Shown: positions 16,892-26,798, numbered from the stretch's first letter. The stretch: 30,835 nucleotides of DNA from Candidatus Micrarchaeaceae archaeon (GCA_050013715.1 JBEKES010000006.1:1-30835), one strand, 5' to 3'. Notes: a model not told the origin generated them from the sequence alone. Program-made: numbers and translations.

Positions 16892-17034
16892 TTTATCACA
16901 CAATAATTACTGGTTTCCTAATATTTATACGTTGCTTTTTGTGGTTTTTCAGGAGCGCATTGCGATATTACTGTCCATTGAAGAAGTGAATAATGTATTT
17001 ATATTTTGTTATATCAACTATTATGGGTGAATTC

Positions 17035-17403
17035 ATGTCAAGTTATGAAGTCAAGAATATGTCAGAGTCTAAGGAAACTAGGGAAATGGATCGCGTTAAG
17101 CTAGAATCGGTAGATGTTGCAGGTGCTAAAGTTGCGCGTTTCGTACTAAAAAAGGGTTGGAAGTGGTCCATTGACATCAAGCCGATGGTTAAAACTGAAT
17201 GGTGCGAGGCTCCCCATTTCCAATATCAGATTTCAGGAATATTGCACGTAAAACTCAAAGACGGGACCGAATTTGAACTAGGTCCTGGTGATGTATCTTC
17301 TGTGCCTGCGGGGCATGATGCATGGGTTGTTGGAGACGAATCTGTTACAGGGATAGAGTGGACCGCTGCAGGAATTACCAAAGAGCTTTCAAAGGCCGAT
17401 TAG
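17035..17403 (+). CDS. Cupin-domain protein
   Basis: GWKWSIDIKP..TEWCEAPH...GPGDVSSVPAGHDAWVVGDE. Confidence 0.88.
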   Translation: MSSYEVKNMSESKETREMDRVKLESVDVAGAKVARFVLKKGWKWSIDIKPMVKTEWCEAPHFQYQISGILHVKLKDGTEFELGPGDVSSVPAGHDAWVVGDESVTGIEWTAAGITKELSKAD

Positions 17404-17479
17404 GCAACGTGCGCCTAAGCAAGATGCAAGCTGGGCAATGTTTATAAGGATTATTTTCCCTATAGAAAAGGGTTTTTTG

Positions 17480-17863
17480 ATGGATACGAATAGTATAATA
17501 AAAGCTGGAATATTGGGAGGAGTGATAATAATAGTAATAGAGCTTCTGGTGGGCATTGCAGCCCCTAGCATAGCCTATGCATTCAGCATAATAGCGTTGC
17601 TGGTTGGGGGATTCATAGCCGGCTGGATGGTAAAGGGAAAGACTACAGATGGTATCGTTGCTGGAGGGGCAGCAGGAATTGTGTATGGGATTCTCGGATT
17701 ATTGATACTCTATCCATTGCTATCCTCTAGATTTAGGCATGCTCCAGCTGTTTACGTTGTTGAAATAATCGTAAGCATCGTAATTGCTGCAATAGGTGGA
17801 TTAATCGGCAAATATCTTGCATCTAATAAAAAGTCAAGCAATTCTCAACGCAGAAAAAAATAG
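17480..17863 (+). CDS. Four-TM Gly-rich membrane protein (DUF5518-like)
   Basis: LLVGGFIAGW...DGIVAGGAAG...AIGGLIG. Confidence 0.7.
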   Translation: MDTNSIIKAGILGGVIIIVIELLVGIAAPSIAYAFSIIALLVGGFIAGWMVKGKTTDGIVAGGAAGIVYGILGLLILYPLLSSRFRHAPAVYVVEIIVSIVIAAIGGLIGKYLASNKKSSNSQRRKK

Positions 17864-17928
17864 GCAGAAATGCAGAATATATAATTAATATTCATGCAAA
17901 TTCTGGAAAACAAATAATCCATGGATTA

Positions 17929-18177
17929 TTACTTGCTGCAATTGCAGTCCTTGCCTCCGCAACCGCAGGATTCACCCTTGCAGGAAGAATTTTCACTGCA
18001 ACTTCCACAATCGCATCCATTCAATGCCTTCAATTGCTTGAAAACCATTCTCTCTGCCATCATGTAGCCTTTAATGAATGCACGAAGTTCCTTATCACTC
18101 ATTGAGTTTAAAAGTTCCTCTTTCATTTTCCACATCTGCATCTTTCTTTCATAAAATTCGTTTTTCTCATCTGTCAT
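17929..18177 (-). CDS. Small protein with a Cys-rich, metallothionein-like C-terminus
   Basis: CDCGSCSENSSCKGESCGCGGKDCNC. Confidence 0.7.
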   Translation of the reverse strand: MTDEKNEFYERKMQMWKMKEELLNSMSDKELRAFIKGYMMAERMVFKQLKALNGCDCGSCSENSSCKGESCGCGGKDCNCSK

Positions 18178-18360
18178 ATAACCACTATATATAATTAGGC
18201 AGTTGAGGCTTATATATCCAACACACTATCTTCATGTCTTTTGAGTTTAAAATAGAAAAGCAGAATATTTGCCAGAACATTTGTTTTTAGGAAATATTAT
18301 ATAATTACAAAACAGAAACACTCCATATCATAAAATAATGTATCGTAAAAGAATAGTGCT

Positions 18361-18642
18361 TTACTTTGTACTGGAAAGCGCATCCTGAAGCGCATTCGCC
18401 AGCTTTATTACCTTTCTGCCTTTTTCTGTCGTATTATATGCTATTATCCTTCTTCCTGTTTTCGATTTATACACCACCGCCTCTACTGCTTTTACCTCGA
18501 TAAGCTCATGAAGCCTTTTGGCTACGGTTGCAGAGCTCAATCTCCTTTTCTTGATTGTTATCTTTGTAAAATCGTTAAAGTTTTTGGGTTCGCTGCTGTC
18601 AGCCATCTCTAATATTTCCAAGTACCCTCTTATCATTACCAT
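18361..18642 (-). CDS. Winged-helix (HxlR-like) regulator, paralog 1
   Basis: FNDF...LSSATVAKRLHEL...AYNTTEKGRKV. Confidence 0.8.
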   Translation of the reverse strand: MVMIRGYLEILEMADSSEPKNFNDFTKITIKKRRLSSATVAKRLHELIEVKAVEAVVYKSKTGRRIIAYNTTEKGRKVIKLANALQDALSSTK

Positions 18643-18684
18643 GGTAATAAATTGAAACGATACATATATAAAGTAAGCAGGTTT

Positions 18685-18771
18685 ATAATACTTTAATTTC
18701 TAAAGTTTAATTTAAATATATCTTTTTTTAATAGAACTAAAGTATAATTTAAAATAGGAAAGTAATATATA
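18685..18771 (-). promoter_or_regulatory. Divergent promoter/operator, copy A
   Basis: Reverse complement aligns to ~23093-23179 and ~24413-24502; palindrome ACTTTAATTTCTAAAGT at 18690-18706. Confidence 0.7.
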
Positions 18772-18805
18772 CGAACGTATGGTATATATTTATAGGGGGG
18801 AGTAT

Positions 18806-19063
18806 ATGGGGGAGAAACTAGATAAGGAAACGAAAACCAGGAAAAAGAGCAACAAAATGCGTAGTGATGGAATAACGCAGAATGATGACGGCAAATATCA
18901 ATGCCAATTCTGTAATAGAGAGACAAATAGTTCCGTAGAAGCCATGGTGCATCTGCTTGACCATGATACTGTCAATTACGACGCCGCAGAGTTTTTGGAA
19001 GATTATGAACTGGGACAAAAGCCTGAATATCAGAAAAGGAAAAGGCAAATGAGAGACATATAA
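18806..19063 (+). CDS. Small C2H2 zinc-finger protein, paralog 1
   Basis: YQCQFCNRETNSSVEAMVHLLDH (C-x2-C-x12-H-x3-H). Confidence 0.75.
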   Translation: MGEKLDKETKTRKKSNKMRSDGITQNDDGKYQCQFCNRETNSSVEAMVHLLDHDTVNYDAAEFLEDYELGQKPEYQKRKRQMRDI

Positions 19064-19291
19064 TCAAATGCAATGGTTCAAACGCTAAACTAACTGTTTA
19101 ATGATTCTTCACGCTTGAAAAGCTTTCAGGAAAATAGTGGATGGAAATGGATTTTGAAACGGTTTGCTTGTGGTTTTATATACCAGTAAAATTCTTGCAC
19201 CGTTTCTAAATCATGTTTTATTTGTGCTGATTTAACATTGCTTGATGATTTTTTAAATCATGAATTAGGTAATTATTGTTTAGTGGTTATA

Positions 19292-19900
19292 ATGGTGAAA
19301 GAACCTGTAGATATGCTTAGCAAAAGCCGAATAGAAGCTCTTACTGACAGTTTATTCGCAACTGTAATGACAATCCTTGTGTTAAGCCTTGTCGTTCCGA
19401 TAATAATAACAGGATCCAATACGAACATACTGCTTATCTCATCAATAATATCAATGCTTCCCGGCATTCTTGTTTATGTGACCAGTTTTATAATTCTTGG
19501 AGTAATATGGATAGAGCACAACAACATTTTCCGTTATGTTCATGAAGTGGACAACAGAACACAATGGATAACAATATTCTTCCTATTAAGCGTAGGCATT
19601 ATACCGTTTAGCACCGCATTCCTGGGACGATATCCTCTGCAGCAGCCCGCAATAATATTATATTCCATAAATTTCATCATAATTGCGCTCATGTTTAACC
19701 TCATTGCATACCATGTTATGCATTACCAGAAAAAGAGAAACATACGCCGCATCAGTAGGGCAGCAAGAAGCACATCGATATCGCTCATAATATATGCAAT
19801 AGCAATACCTGTTTCCTATCTAAATTCCTACATAAGCCTTGGCCTATTTGTTATAGTGCCTGCATATTACATAATCTCTGGACTGCGCAACCCATCCTGA
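19292..19900 (+). CDS. TMEM175-family (DUF1211) potassium channel
   Basis: RIEALTDSLFATVMTILVL, YVTSFIILGVIWIEHNNIF, IPFSTAFLG. Confidence 0.88.
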   Translation: MVKEPVDMLSKSRIEALTDSLFATVMTILVLSLVVPIIITGSNTNILLISSIISMLPGILVYVTSFIILGVIWIEHNNIFRYVHEVDNRTQWITIFFLLSVGIIPFSTAFLGRYPLQQPAIILYSINFIIIALMFNLIAYHVMHYQKKRNIRRISRAARSTSISLIIYAIAIPVSYLNSYISLGLFVIVPAYYIISGLRNPS

Positions 19901-19963
19901 TAGTTGTAATCAAGAAGCAGTTCTGTATTAATTATATGACATTCAAGCAAAAGTTAGAAAAAC

Positions 19964-20719
19964 TCAAGCTAGTTTGATTATAAAAGCGCCTATTATAAAG
20001 AGGAACATTGAATCAACAAGGCCGATGCCTGCCTGTTTTAGGAAAAGAAGGGGTCCGAATCCAAGCGATGCCACTGCTCCTCCAACGCCTATCCCTATCA
20101 GCAAAGCTCCCAATGCAGTGCCGTATATCTTGGATTGTTTTCTTGGAGTTGTTATCTCCTCTACTGCTATGACCTTATTGTTCTTTACCACATAGGCAAC
20201 TGGCATTTCTGATTCATCTCTTGGATGAATATTCTTTTCATCGTATGGAACATGGGCTTCATGAGTTTCGTTGTATTCTATTGAAGAATCTGGTGCTATT
20301 TTTGCGTTTTGCGTTTCACTTCTGCCTTCAACTACCCTTCCTATTGTGTTTGTTGCCTTTACTGCATCATATATCCTCAATCCTGGTATGTCCCACTCGT
20401 ATTTTGTCGAGCCCCTTGTAGGTTCAACGTAACCTAGTACTCTAAGTCTTACCGTTGCAAGTATCTTTCCCTGCACTATGGAGACGCTCATCACATTCTT
20501 GAATGGCACTATGCTCATTTCTGTGTGGCTTATCATGTCAAATTTTGTGTATAATCCCCAGAAAGACTGATGTACAATTATTACCCTTCGGTCTGTTACT
20601 ACTACGGAATCTGGAGAAATTGAAGACAAAAGACTCTGCCTTAGGATGAGATCTATGGTTTCACTAGGGCTAATGATAGTATTTATCTCTTCCTTTATGC
20701 GATTTCTTATGCTGAACAT
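19964..20719 (-). CDS. Bacterial-PH-domain membrane protein
   Basis: PDSVVVTDRRVIIVH...VSIVQGKILATVRL; two C-terminal TM helices. Confidence 0.7.
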   Translation of the reverse strand: MFSIRNRIKEEINTIISPSETIDLILRQSLLSSISPDSVVVTDRRVIIVHQSFWGLYTKFDMISHTEMSIVPFKNVMSVSIVQGKILATVRLRVLGYVEPTRGSTKYEWDIPGLRIYDAVKATNTIGRVVEGRSETQNAKIAPDSSIEYNETHEAHVPYDEKNIHPRDESEMPVAYVVKNNKVIAVEEITTPRKQSKIYGTALGALLIGIGVGGAVASLGFGPLLFLKQAGIGLVDSMFLFIIGAFIIKLA

Positions 20720-20868
20720 GTTATCCTCTCCTGTCCTATTTGTACTGATTTCTGAACTTGAATCTAAAAAGAAGAAAGAGCCGAACAACCTGACTTTTCC
20801 CTATGCTGCTAGCTAAACCCAATGTTGCGGTAATCTTTACCATTACCGCAACCAACGTAATGGATTTA

Positions 20869-21003
20869 TTATGTGCTCATAATTCTTTTTCCTGCCGGGC
20901 GGTTTTTGACCATACGTGGATGTTTATTCTTATCTCCTTTTCCGTAGTTTGCAGCGCGTTTTTTAGCTGCAGTCATTCTCCCTCCTCTGCTTTTCTTTGC
21001 CAT
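20869..21003 (-). CDS. Small highly basic protein, 44 aa (not in the ORF track)
   Basis: MAKKSRGGRMTAAKKRAANYGKGDKNKHPRMVKNRPAGKRIMST*, with a strong RBS GAGGTGA upstream. Confidence 0.7.
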   Translation of the reverse strand: MAKKSRGGRMTAAKKRAANYGKGDKNKHPRMVKNRPAGKRIMST

Positions 21004-21033
21004 ATCCTATTCACCTCTTATCATGAATTTTAC

Positions 21034-21228
21034 TTATTGTGTGATTACTGTTGCATGTGAATATGCAACATGATTCTCCAGTTCACCAATGGTTCTGAAT
21101 TTTCCACTGCATGCACCGCATTCAAAACCGTCTATTTTTTGTCTATGGTATACATTTACAAGATGATCCGTCAGCTCATTCCTATTCCCAAACTTTACGC
21201 AGCATATGCTGCATTCGTAATTTCCCAT
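21034..21228 (-). CDS. Double C2H2 zinc-finger protein
   Basis: YECSIC..F.....L..H and FECGAC..F.....L..H...H; GGTGA RBS. Confidence 0.8.
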   Translation of the reverse strand: MGNYECSICCVKFGNRNELTDHLVNVYHRQKIDGFECGACSGKFRTIGELENHVAYSHATVITQ

Positions 21229-21278
21229 TGTGTTCACCCATTAATGTTAACTTTCTGATGCCATGGCAATCATTGTGA

Positions 21279-21872
21279 TCATTGCTTAATCACAATAAAT
21301 GCTGTGGACATATTCGCATAGGATACTCCTCCTCCTACGTTTAATTCATACTTTGCCCATATGGAGCCTGTTATGTTTGTGCCTACTGATACAGGGCCTG
21401 AAGTTATTGGTATATTTACGTACCTTACAGTATCATTTAGCAATCCACCTGTTACATTAACTGCTCCTGGAGGCGACCATGAAAGCTCTGGCACTCCGTG
21501 TGAGTAAATAGCATTCGAAGGCACGAACCTAACTGTTACGCTGGTCCAATTATATCCCGAGCTCTGGCTTATTGCAATGGTCAGAATACCTGTGGTATAA
21601 TTAAATACAGGGTTTTCGCACTTGTATGTATAGAGCCCGAAGCATGTGGCATTTACCACCAAGCCTGGCGAACTAACTATAGAAGTCGAAGGCACGTACC
21701 CTGTCGCTACTACTGTGGGTTTTGGGCCTATTACTCCAAGCAAAGGTATTATTGGACCCTTGTTGATTATAATAGAGGCGCCTAGTAGTAATCCCACTAT
21801 TATCAATATCAAGATTGTAGAAAAAACTAATCTTGCAGAAACTGTATAAAACTTTTCTCTTTTTTCAGTCAT
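21279..21872 (-). CDS. Membrane-anchored surface protein
   Basis: N-terminal TM helix; beta-rich domain with many NxS/T sequons. Confidence 0.75.
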   Translation of the reverse strand: MTEKREKFYTVSARLVFSTILILIIVGLLLGASIIINKGPIIPLLGVIGPKPTVVATGYVPSTSIVSSPGLVVNATCFGLYTYKCENPVFNYTTGILTIAISQSSGYNWTSVTVRFVPSNAIYSHGVPELSWSPPGAVNVTGGLLNDTVRYVNIPITSGPVSVGTNITGSIWAKYELNVGGGVSYANMSTAFIVIKQ

Positions 21873-21894
21873 ATTTTCACCAATTAAACATAAA

Positions 21895-22167
21895 TCATAT
21901 TGAAATCCCTATCAGTTTTAGGATTATTATTATCGCAACAGCAGGCAATCCGAATATGGCGACTACGATTATAGTTAGCAAATTGTACACTATGCCTAAA
22001 CTGAAAAGTGTATTTACCAAATATATGGCAATCAGGCCGAGTATGCTGTTTAGTATAAGTCCGATTAAGAATTTTCCGAGCTTGAGTATAATAAATAACA
22101 CAAGCAAAATTGCTGCTATTATGATTAATTCAGAAACAGCAGATCCTATTGTTATAGCTAGCAACAT
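21895..22167 (-). CDS. BofA-like small membrane protein
   Basis: NSILGLIAIYLVN...VVAIFGLPAV; tandem paralog of the next gene. Confidence 0.7.
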   Translation of the reverse strand: MLLAITIGSAVSELIIIAAILLVLFIILKLGKFLIGLILNSILGLIAIYLVNTLFSLGIVYNLLTIIVVAIFGLPAVAIIIILKLIGISI

Positions 22168-22176
22168 AATACCACA

Positions 22177-22455
22177 TTATTTCTTTTCATTTCCCACACC
22201 GAGCAAATTCAATATTATTAGAATAGCAACTGCAAGCAACCCGAATATTGCAACAAAAACGATTACGAGCAAATCATACTTTATCCCTAATCCAAAAATG
22301 CCATTTACCAAGAATATGACTATAAATCCAATTATGGTATTGGCAAGCAACGAGTAGAGCAGTCCTCCGCTAAGCGGCAGAATGTAAAAGAATATCAACG
22401 CTATCAAAACTATAGTCAAGAATAATCCTATTCCGTGTCCTGCTTGTATTGCCAT
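22177..22455 (-). CDS. BofA-like small membrane protein
   Basis: NTIIGFIVIFLVN...FVAIFGLLAV. Confidence 0.7.
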   Translation of the reverse strand: MAIQAGHGIGLFLTIVLIALIFFYILPLSGGLLYSLLANTIIGFIVIFLVNGIFGLGIKYDLLVIVFVAIFGLLAVAILIILNLLGVGNEKK

Positions 22456-22517
22456 ATAATCGCTTTTTACTTAATAATCTGAATTTCATACTTTAGTTGG
22501 AATTATGTAGGTGCTTT

Positions 22518-22546
22518 AAGGGATGCACGTATTATTGGCATCCCTT
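22518..22546. terminator. Intergenic hairpin, possible terminator or processing site
   Basis: AAGGGATGC-N11-GCATCCCTT. Confidence 0.4.
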
Positions 22547-22588
22547 TTATAGCCAGTTCTGATTCCTCATAACCCCCCTACAGAATAA

Positions 22589-23056
22589 TTACTTGCTGTC
22601 TTTTGTCTTGTCATTTCGTTTGCTGGATTTTATTCTAGCTGCACCGCTTTGGCTTTGCTTGCCTCTTTCTCTGAATAAACCCCTGTCAACAGATTCAAAT
22701 AAACCTATTGAGTTTCCCTCTGGATCTGTGCCTATTGCTGTCCATCCGTGGTTTTCTATTCCTTTCTTGCCTACAGTTATGTGACCGCCTGCACGTTCCA
22801 CCTCTGCCATTGATTCGTCTATGTCTGGTGTGCTTATGTAATTTACGGGCGTCTGATTTTCGCTGCCCTTCTTATATAGTCCACCATTTACTCCAGGAAG
22901 ATGTTTTGTTCCTGTAGTTATGTTCCAATATTGCATATTTTGCTCTGCAGAATTTTTAAATTTCCAACCGAACACGTCAGTATAGAATTTTCTTAACTTT
23001 TCAGGATCCCTTGCAGGAATCTCAAAATGGCTTATTTCGTTTATCTCATTTTTCAT
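22589..23056 (-). CDS. VOC/glyoxalase-family protein
   Basis: ISHFEIPARDPEKLRKFYTDVFGWKF...DPEGNSIGLFE. Confidence 0.9.
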   Translation of the reverse strand: MKNEINEISHFEIPARDPEKLRKFYTDVFGWKFKNSAEQNMQYWNITTGTKHLPGVNGGLYKKGSENQTPVNYISTPDIDESMAEVERAGGHITVGKKGIENHGWTAIGTDPEGNSIGLFESVDRGLFRERGKQSQSGAARIKSSKRNDKTKDSK

Positions 23057-23060
23057 ATTT

Positions 23061-23192
23061 CACACCCTTAAGTATCTATTAGTTTATTATACTATATAAT
23101 ACTTTGCTATTTTAAATGATACTTTACTTCTATTAGGAATAAATATATTTAAAATAAACTTTAGAAACTAAAGTATTATATATGTGAAGCTC
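23061..23192 (+). promoter_or_regulatory. Divergent promoter/operator, copy B
   Basis: Paralogous to 24380-24514; palindrome ACTTTAGAAACTAAAGT at 23158-23174. Confidence 0.7.
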
Positions 23193-23217
23193 CTATTTAT
23201 ATCAATATGGTGCTTAC

Positions 23218-23682
23218 TTGAATTCACACAAATCGCTGGGAATGTTCCTGGTTTGTTTGGGTTACCTGATCAGCGGACTTCTATTCATACCATTTACAAT
23301 AGGTGCGTTTGGTTCCTATAACTCCGGAGTACCTAATTCAAATAGCGTTATGCAACTGGGTGCAATAGTTCTTGTGCTCGTGCTTATACCTATTGTTCTT
23401 GCATTTGGTTTGTGGAAAGGCTATAAATTTGCCTGGGCACTTGCGATATTATTTGCCGCATTTGACATAGTGCTTTATCTGATTACATTTTCCTCTCTAA
23501 ACATAAAACTGTCAAACGGTGTATTAATAAGCAGTTCCATAATAGGCCCGTTGGGCTATGCCATAGCATACGGAATAGTCTATATTGGTACCTATCTTCT
23601 AGTAATTATAGAAATAATCCTCAATTCAAGCCTAATCTATTATCTTACGAGAAAGAAAACAAAGGAATATTTCGGATTATAA
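23218..23682 (+). CDS. Four-TM membrane protein
   Basis: LAFGLWKGYKFAW...LIYYLTRKKTKEYF; hydrophobic pattern. Confidence 0.75.
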   Translation: MNSHKSLGMFLVCLGYLISGLLFIPFTIGAFGSYNSGVPNSNSVMQLGAIVLVLVLIPIVLAFGLWKGYKFAWALAILFAAFDIVLYLITFSSLNIKLSNGVLISSSIIGPLGYAIAYGIVYIGTYLLVIIEIILNSSLIYYLTRKKTKEYFGL

Positions 23683-24116
23683 TTAGGATTTCACTTGCAA
23701 ATCCATTATAATTTGTTTACGCTGTTAATGTTTGTTGCAATCTCTGGTTTAAATTGAACCTTATGACCAAGTGAATGAACTTCAAATTGGCTGAATGCCT
23801 TGCAGGTAAATAGAAATCTTAGCCATATGTTATATTCTGGCTTGTTTATAAATTTGTCATTTTTGGTTAATGTGAGTATAAGTTTACTTCCATGTCTCAT
23901 TAAATAGCGTGTCATAAAATCATTTCCCCACATTGCTCATATAAAAAATAAAAATAAACTCAAATTTAGGAAAGGAATAGTATGTTGCAAATTAAAGAAT
24001 GCAAGCATACTATTCCTAAACCTAACCTACTCTCATACCCCTTTAAAGTTCTGTACGACCTTTTTCTGCATTTTTCCCTAAACCATCGCTAGTAAAGGAA
24101 AAAATTTACAAGAAGT

Positions 24117-24374
24117 TTACTTTGCCTCCTGAACTGCTATTATTCTTTTGTCTTTCTGGGCGTTTGCTATATCTGCACTTAATTTTGCATCTACCCTTGC
24201 TCTGTCTTCAGTTGTTACACTTCCAGTCCTTTGGTCTTTTATCAAAGCATTTACTGCATTCAATGCGCTTGATCCATGGTCTAGATAATGAGTTATTGCA
24301 TCCACAGAGTTCTTTGCTTCTTTACCACAAATTTGGCATTTGTAGCTTTCTTCTTTCATTTCATTGTTGTTCAT
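24117..24374 (-). CDS. Small C2H2 zinc-finger protein, paralog 2
   Basis: YKCQICGKEAKNSVDAITHYLDH. Confidence 0.75.
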   Translation of the reverse strand: MNNNEMKEESYKCQICGKEAKNSVDAITHYLDHGSSALNAVNALIKDQRTGSVTTEDRARVDAKLSADIANAQKDKRIIAVQEAK

Positions 24375-24379
24375 AATTA

Positions 24380-24514
24380 CACACCCTTACAAATACATAT
24401 TAGTTTATTATAATATATAATGCTTTGCTATTTTATATATTACTTTACTTCTATTAAATATATTCATATAATTAAAATATACTTTAGTAACTAAAGTATT
24501 ATATATGTAGAGCT
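24380..24514 (+). promoter_or_regulatory. Divergent promoter/operator, copy C
   Basis: Palindrome ACTTTAGTAACTAAAGT at 24481-24497. Confidence 0.7.
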
Positions 24515-24527
24515 TCAATGTAATAAC

Positions 24528-24818
24528 ATGGCAATGATAAGGGGATTTATGGAGATCCTTCAACTGGCTGACGGGAAGGAATCTAAATCATTTAACGATT
24601 TTACGAAGATATTGATTAAGAAAAGGAAACTAAGCTCTGCCACTGTCTCAAAAAGACTTGATGAACTTATTAATGTAAAAGCTATAGAAGAAGTAGTGGG
24701 CAGGTCAAAAACAGGAAGAAGGACAATAGCATACAGAACAACAGAAAAAGGCAAAATGGTAATGGGGCTGGCAAGGGAGCTTCAAAGGGTAACCACAATA
24801 CCAAATGTGGCCAAATGA
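24528..24818 (+). CDS. Winged-helix (HxlR-like) regulator, paralog 2
   Basis: Closely similar to 18361-18642 (MIRG.EIL..FNDFTKI.IKKR.LSSATV.KRL). Confidence 0.8.
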   Translation: MAMIRGFMEILQLADGKESKSFNDFTKILIKKRKLSSATVSKRLDELINVKAIEEVVGRSKTGRRTIAYRTTEKGKMVMGLARELQRVTTIPNVAK

Positions 24819-24944
24819 TAAAATTGCTAAGTTACTATAATTCTCGATATTAATGCCCTAAAGTTCTAATTATCTAAAATAGTTCTGCAACTTAATTTTC
24901 CAATAGCAATTTAAATGCTTCAATACATAAATTATCTGATTCAA

Positions 24945-25517
24945 ATGGAGGAAAATAAGCAAACAACTGTGGAAACCAAGAAGTCCACAAAGTCAAAAAA
25001 CACCAAACTATATATTTTAGGAATTGTTATAGTGTTGATAATAATCGCTGTTGGTTACTTTGCAATTAGCAGTTCAGCTTCACCTGTGGTAAAAAACGGT
25101 GATACAATAAAGGTGAATTATACTGGTACTTTTACGAATGGAACCGTATTTGGCTCCAGTGCAGGAAGCGGTCCATTGCAATTTACTGTAGGTTCAGGCC
25201 AAGTGATTCCTGGATTTAGCAATGCAACAATCGGAATGCGATTAAATCAAGAGAAGAATGTAACAATACCTGCAGATCAAGCCTATGGTCCTGTAAATCC
25301 TGCTCTGATAATAAGCGTTCCAAAGAAGAATTTTGGAAACGAGAGCGTTCTTGTTGGAATGCATGTGAGCAACAACGTAAGCGGACAAATAGTACAGGGT
25401 CTTATAACCAAGGTCAATGCTACAAACGTAACAATAGATTTCAATCCGCCGCTTGCCGGACAAACTCTGATATTCAAGATCATTGTAGTTGCAATACAAA
25501 GGAACAGCAGCTCCTAG
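24945..25517 (+). CDS. Membrane-anchored FKBP-type peptidyl-prolyl isomerase (SlyD-like)
   Basis: GDTIKVNYTGTFTNGTVF..PLQFTVGSGQVIPGF...AYG...IDFNPPLAGQTLIF. Confidence 0.9.
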   Translation: MEENKQTTVETKKSTKSKNTKLYILGIVIVLIIIAVGYFAISSSASPVVKNGDTIKVNYTGTFTNGTVFGSSAGSGPLQFTVGSGQVIPGFSNATIGMRLNQEKNVTIPADQAYGPVNPALIISVPKKNFGNESVLVGMHVSNNVSGQIVQGLITKVNATNVTIDFNPPLAGQTLIFKIIVVAIQRNSSS

Positions 25518-25603
25518 CGCTAAAATAATACCTGTCTGGGTAGCGCAGAAGCTATATTATACATCAATGACTAATAAATCATAGTAAGATACTAGATGTT
25601 CTT

Positions 25604-26743
25604 ATGGATCTTGTAAAAATCAGAAACAACTTCAATATGGCAGTTTACAAGGAACTGATCAAGCCAATATGCTTCTCCTTTGATCCGGAAAAGGTCCACA
25701 ATACGTTTATAGGATTTGGAAAATTCCTTGGCTCAAATGAATTCACAAAAGGAATAGTCAATATTTCATGCAACTACCAGAATCCTATGCTGGAGCAGAA
25801 AATACTCGGCATAAAATTCAGGAACCCTGTGGGTTTATCCGCAGGCTTTGACAAGAATGCAGAGATAATCAGCATAAACGAGGACATAGGCTTCGGATTT
25901 GTCGAAGTCGGCAGCATAACAGCAAATCCATCGAAGGGAAACACCGGCAAAAGGCTGGAACGATTCATCAATTACGATGCGCTATGGGTCAACCTAGGCC
26001 TGAACAACAAAGGTGCAAAAGAAATATCAAGCAATCTAAGGCACAGGAAGTTTTCCATACCTGTAGGCATAAGTGTTGCCAAGACAAACTGCATGGAAAC
26101 AACCGACCCAAAGGTAGGCCTTGAGGATTATCTAACAACAGTAAGGCAATTCAGGGACATTGCCGATTATATCGACTTGAACATAAGCTGCCCCAATGCG
26201 TTTGGAGGATTGCAATTCTCTGTTCCTAAATTGTACGAAAGCCTTTTGATTGAAACTGACAAGATGAAGTTGAATAAGCCAATATTCATCAAGCTGTCTC
26301 CAGATCTCACAAGAAAAAACATAGACGAGATAATAAGAATATCACGCAAGCACAATGTTTCCGGATTCATATGCAGCAATCTGACAAAGAAGCACAACCT
26401 TAAAAGCGGAGGGCTATCCGGCAAAGCAGTTGAAGGCAAGGCAAATCAATTATTAAAATATGTATACAGGAAAACTAATGGGAAATTCATACTTATTGGC
26501 GTTGGCGGAATATTCAGCGCTGAAGACGCCTATAATAAAATAAAATCTGGCGCAAACCTTGTGCAGCTAATTACCGGAATGGTGTACAGAGGGCCTAACC
26601 TAATAGGAGAGATAAACCACGACCTTGTTGCGTTACTTGAGAAAGATGGCTACAAAAGCATAGGCGAGGCTGTTGGCTCCGGCATAAAGGGAAAGCGATT
26701 TACCTACAGAAAAGAACCGGAAACAACGGTAGTAAGAAGATAA
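25604..26743 (+). CDS. pyrD: Quinone-dependent dihydroorotate dehydrogenase (class 2)
   Basis: DPEKVH, NPVGLSAGFDKN, NISCPN, KLSPDL, GGLSG, IGVGGI, VQLITGMVYRGP. Confidence 0.93.
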   Translation: MDLVKIRNNFNMAVYKELIKPICFSFDPEKVHNTFIGFGKFLGSNEFTKGIVNISCNYQNPMLEQKILGIKFRNPVGLSAGFDKNAEIISINEDIGFGFVEVGSITANPSKGNTGKRLERFINYDALWVNLGLNNKGAKEISSNLRHRKFSIPVGISVAKTNCMETTDPKVGLEDYLTTVRQFRDIADYIDLNISCPNAFGGLQFSVPKLYESLLIETDKMKLNKPIFIKLSPDLTRKNIDEIIRISRKHNVSGFICSNLTKKHNLKSGGLSGKAVEGKANQLLKYVYRKTNGKFILIGVGGIFSAEDAYNKIKSGANLVQLITGMVYRGPNLIGEINHDLVALLEKDGYKSIGEAVGSGIKGKRFTYRKEPETTVVRR

Positions 26744-26798
26744 AAAGCCAATCACGGCAAGGCATAAATAAGCAAAGAGAAAAGCAGTATTGATTATC

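Noticed and set aside
23706..23933. 75-aa minus-strand ORF
   Set aside because: No RBS or recognisable motif; cannot be supported as a gene.
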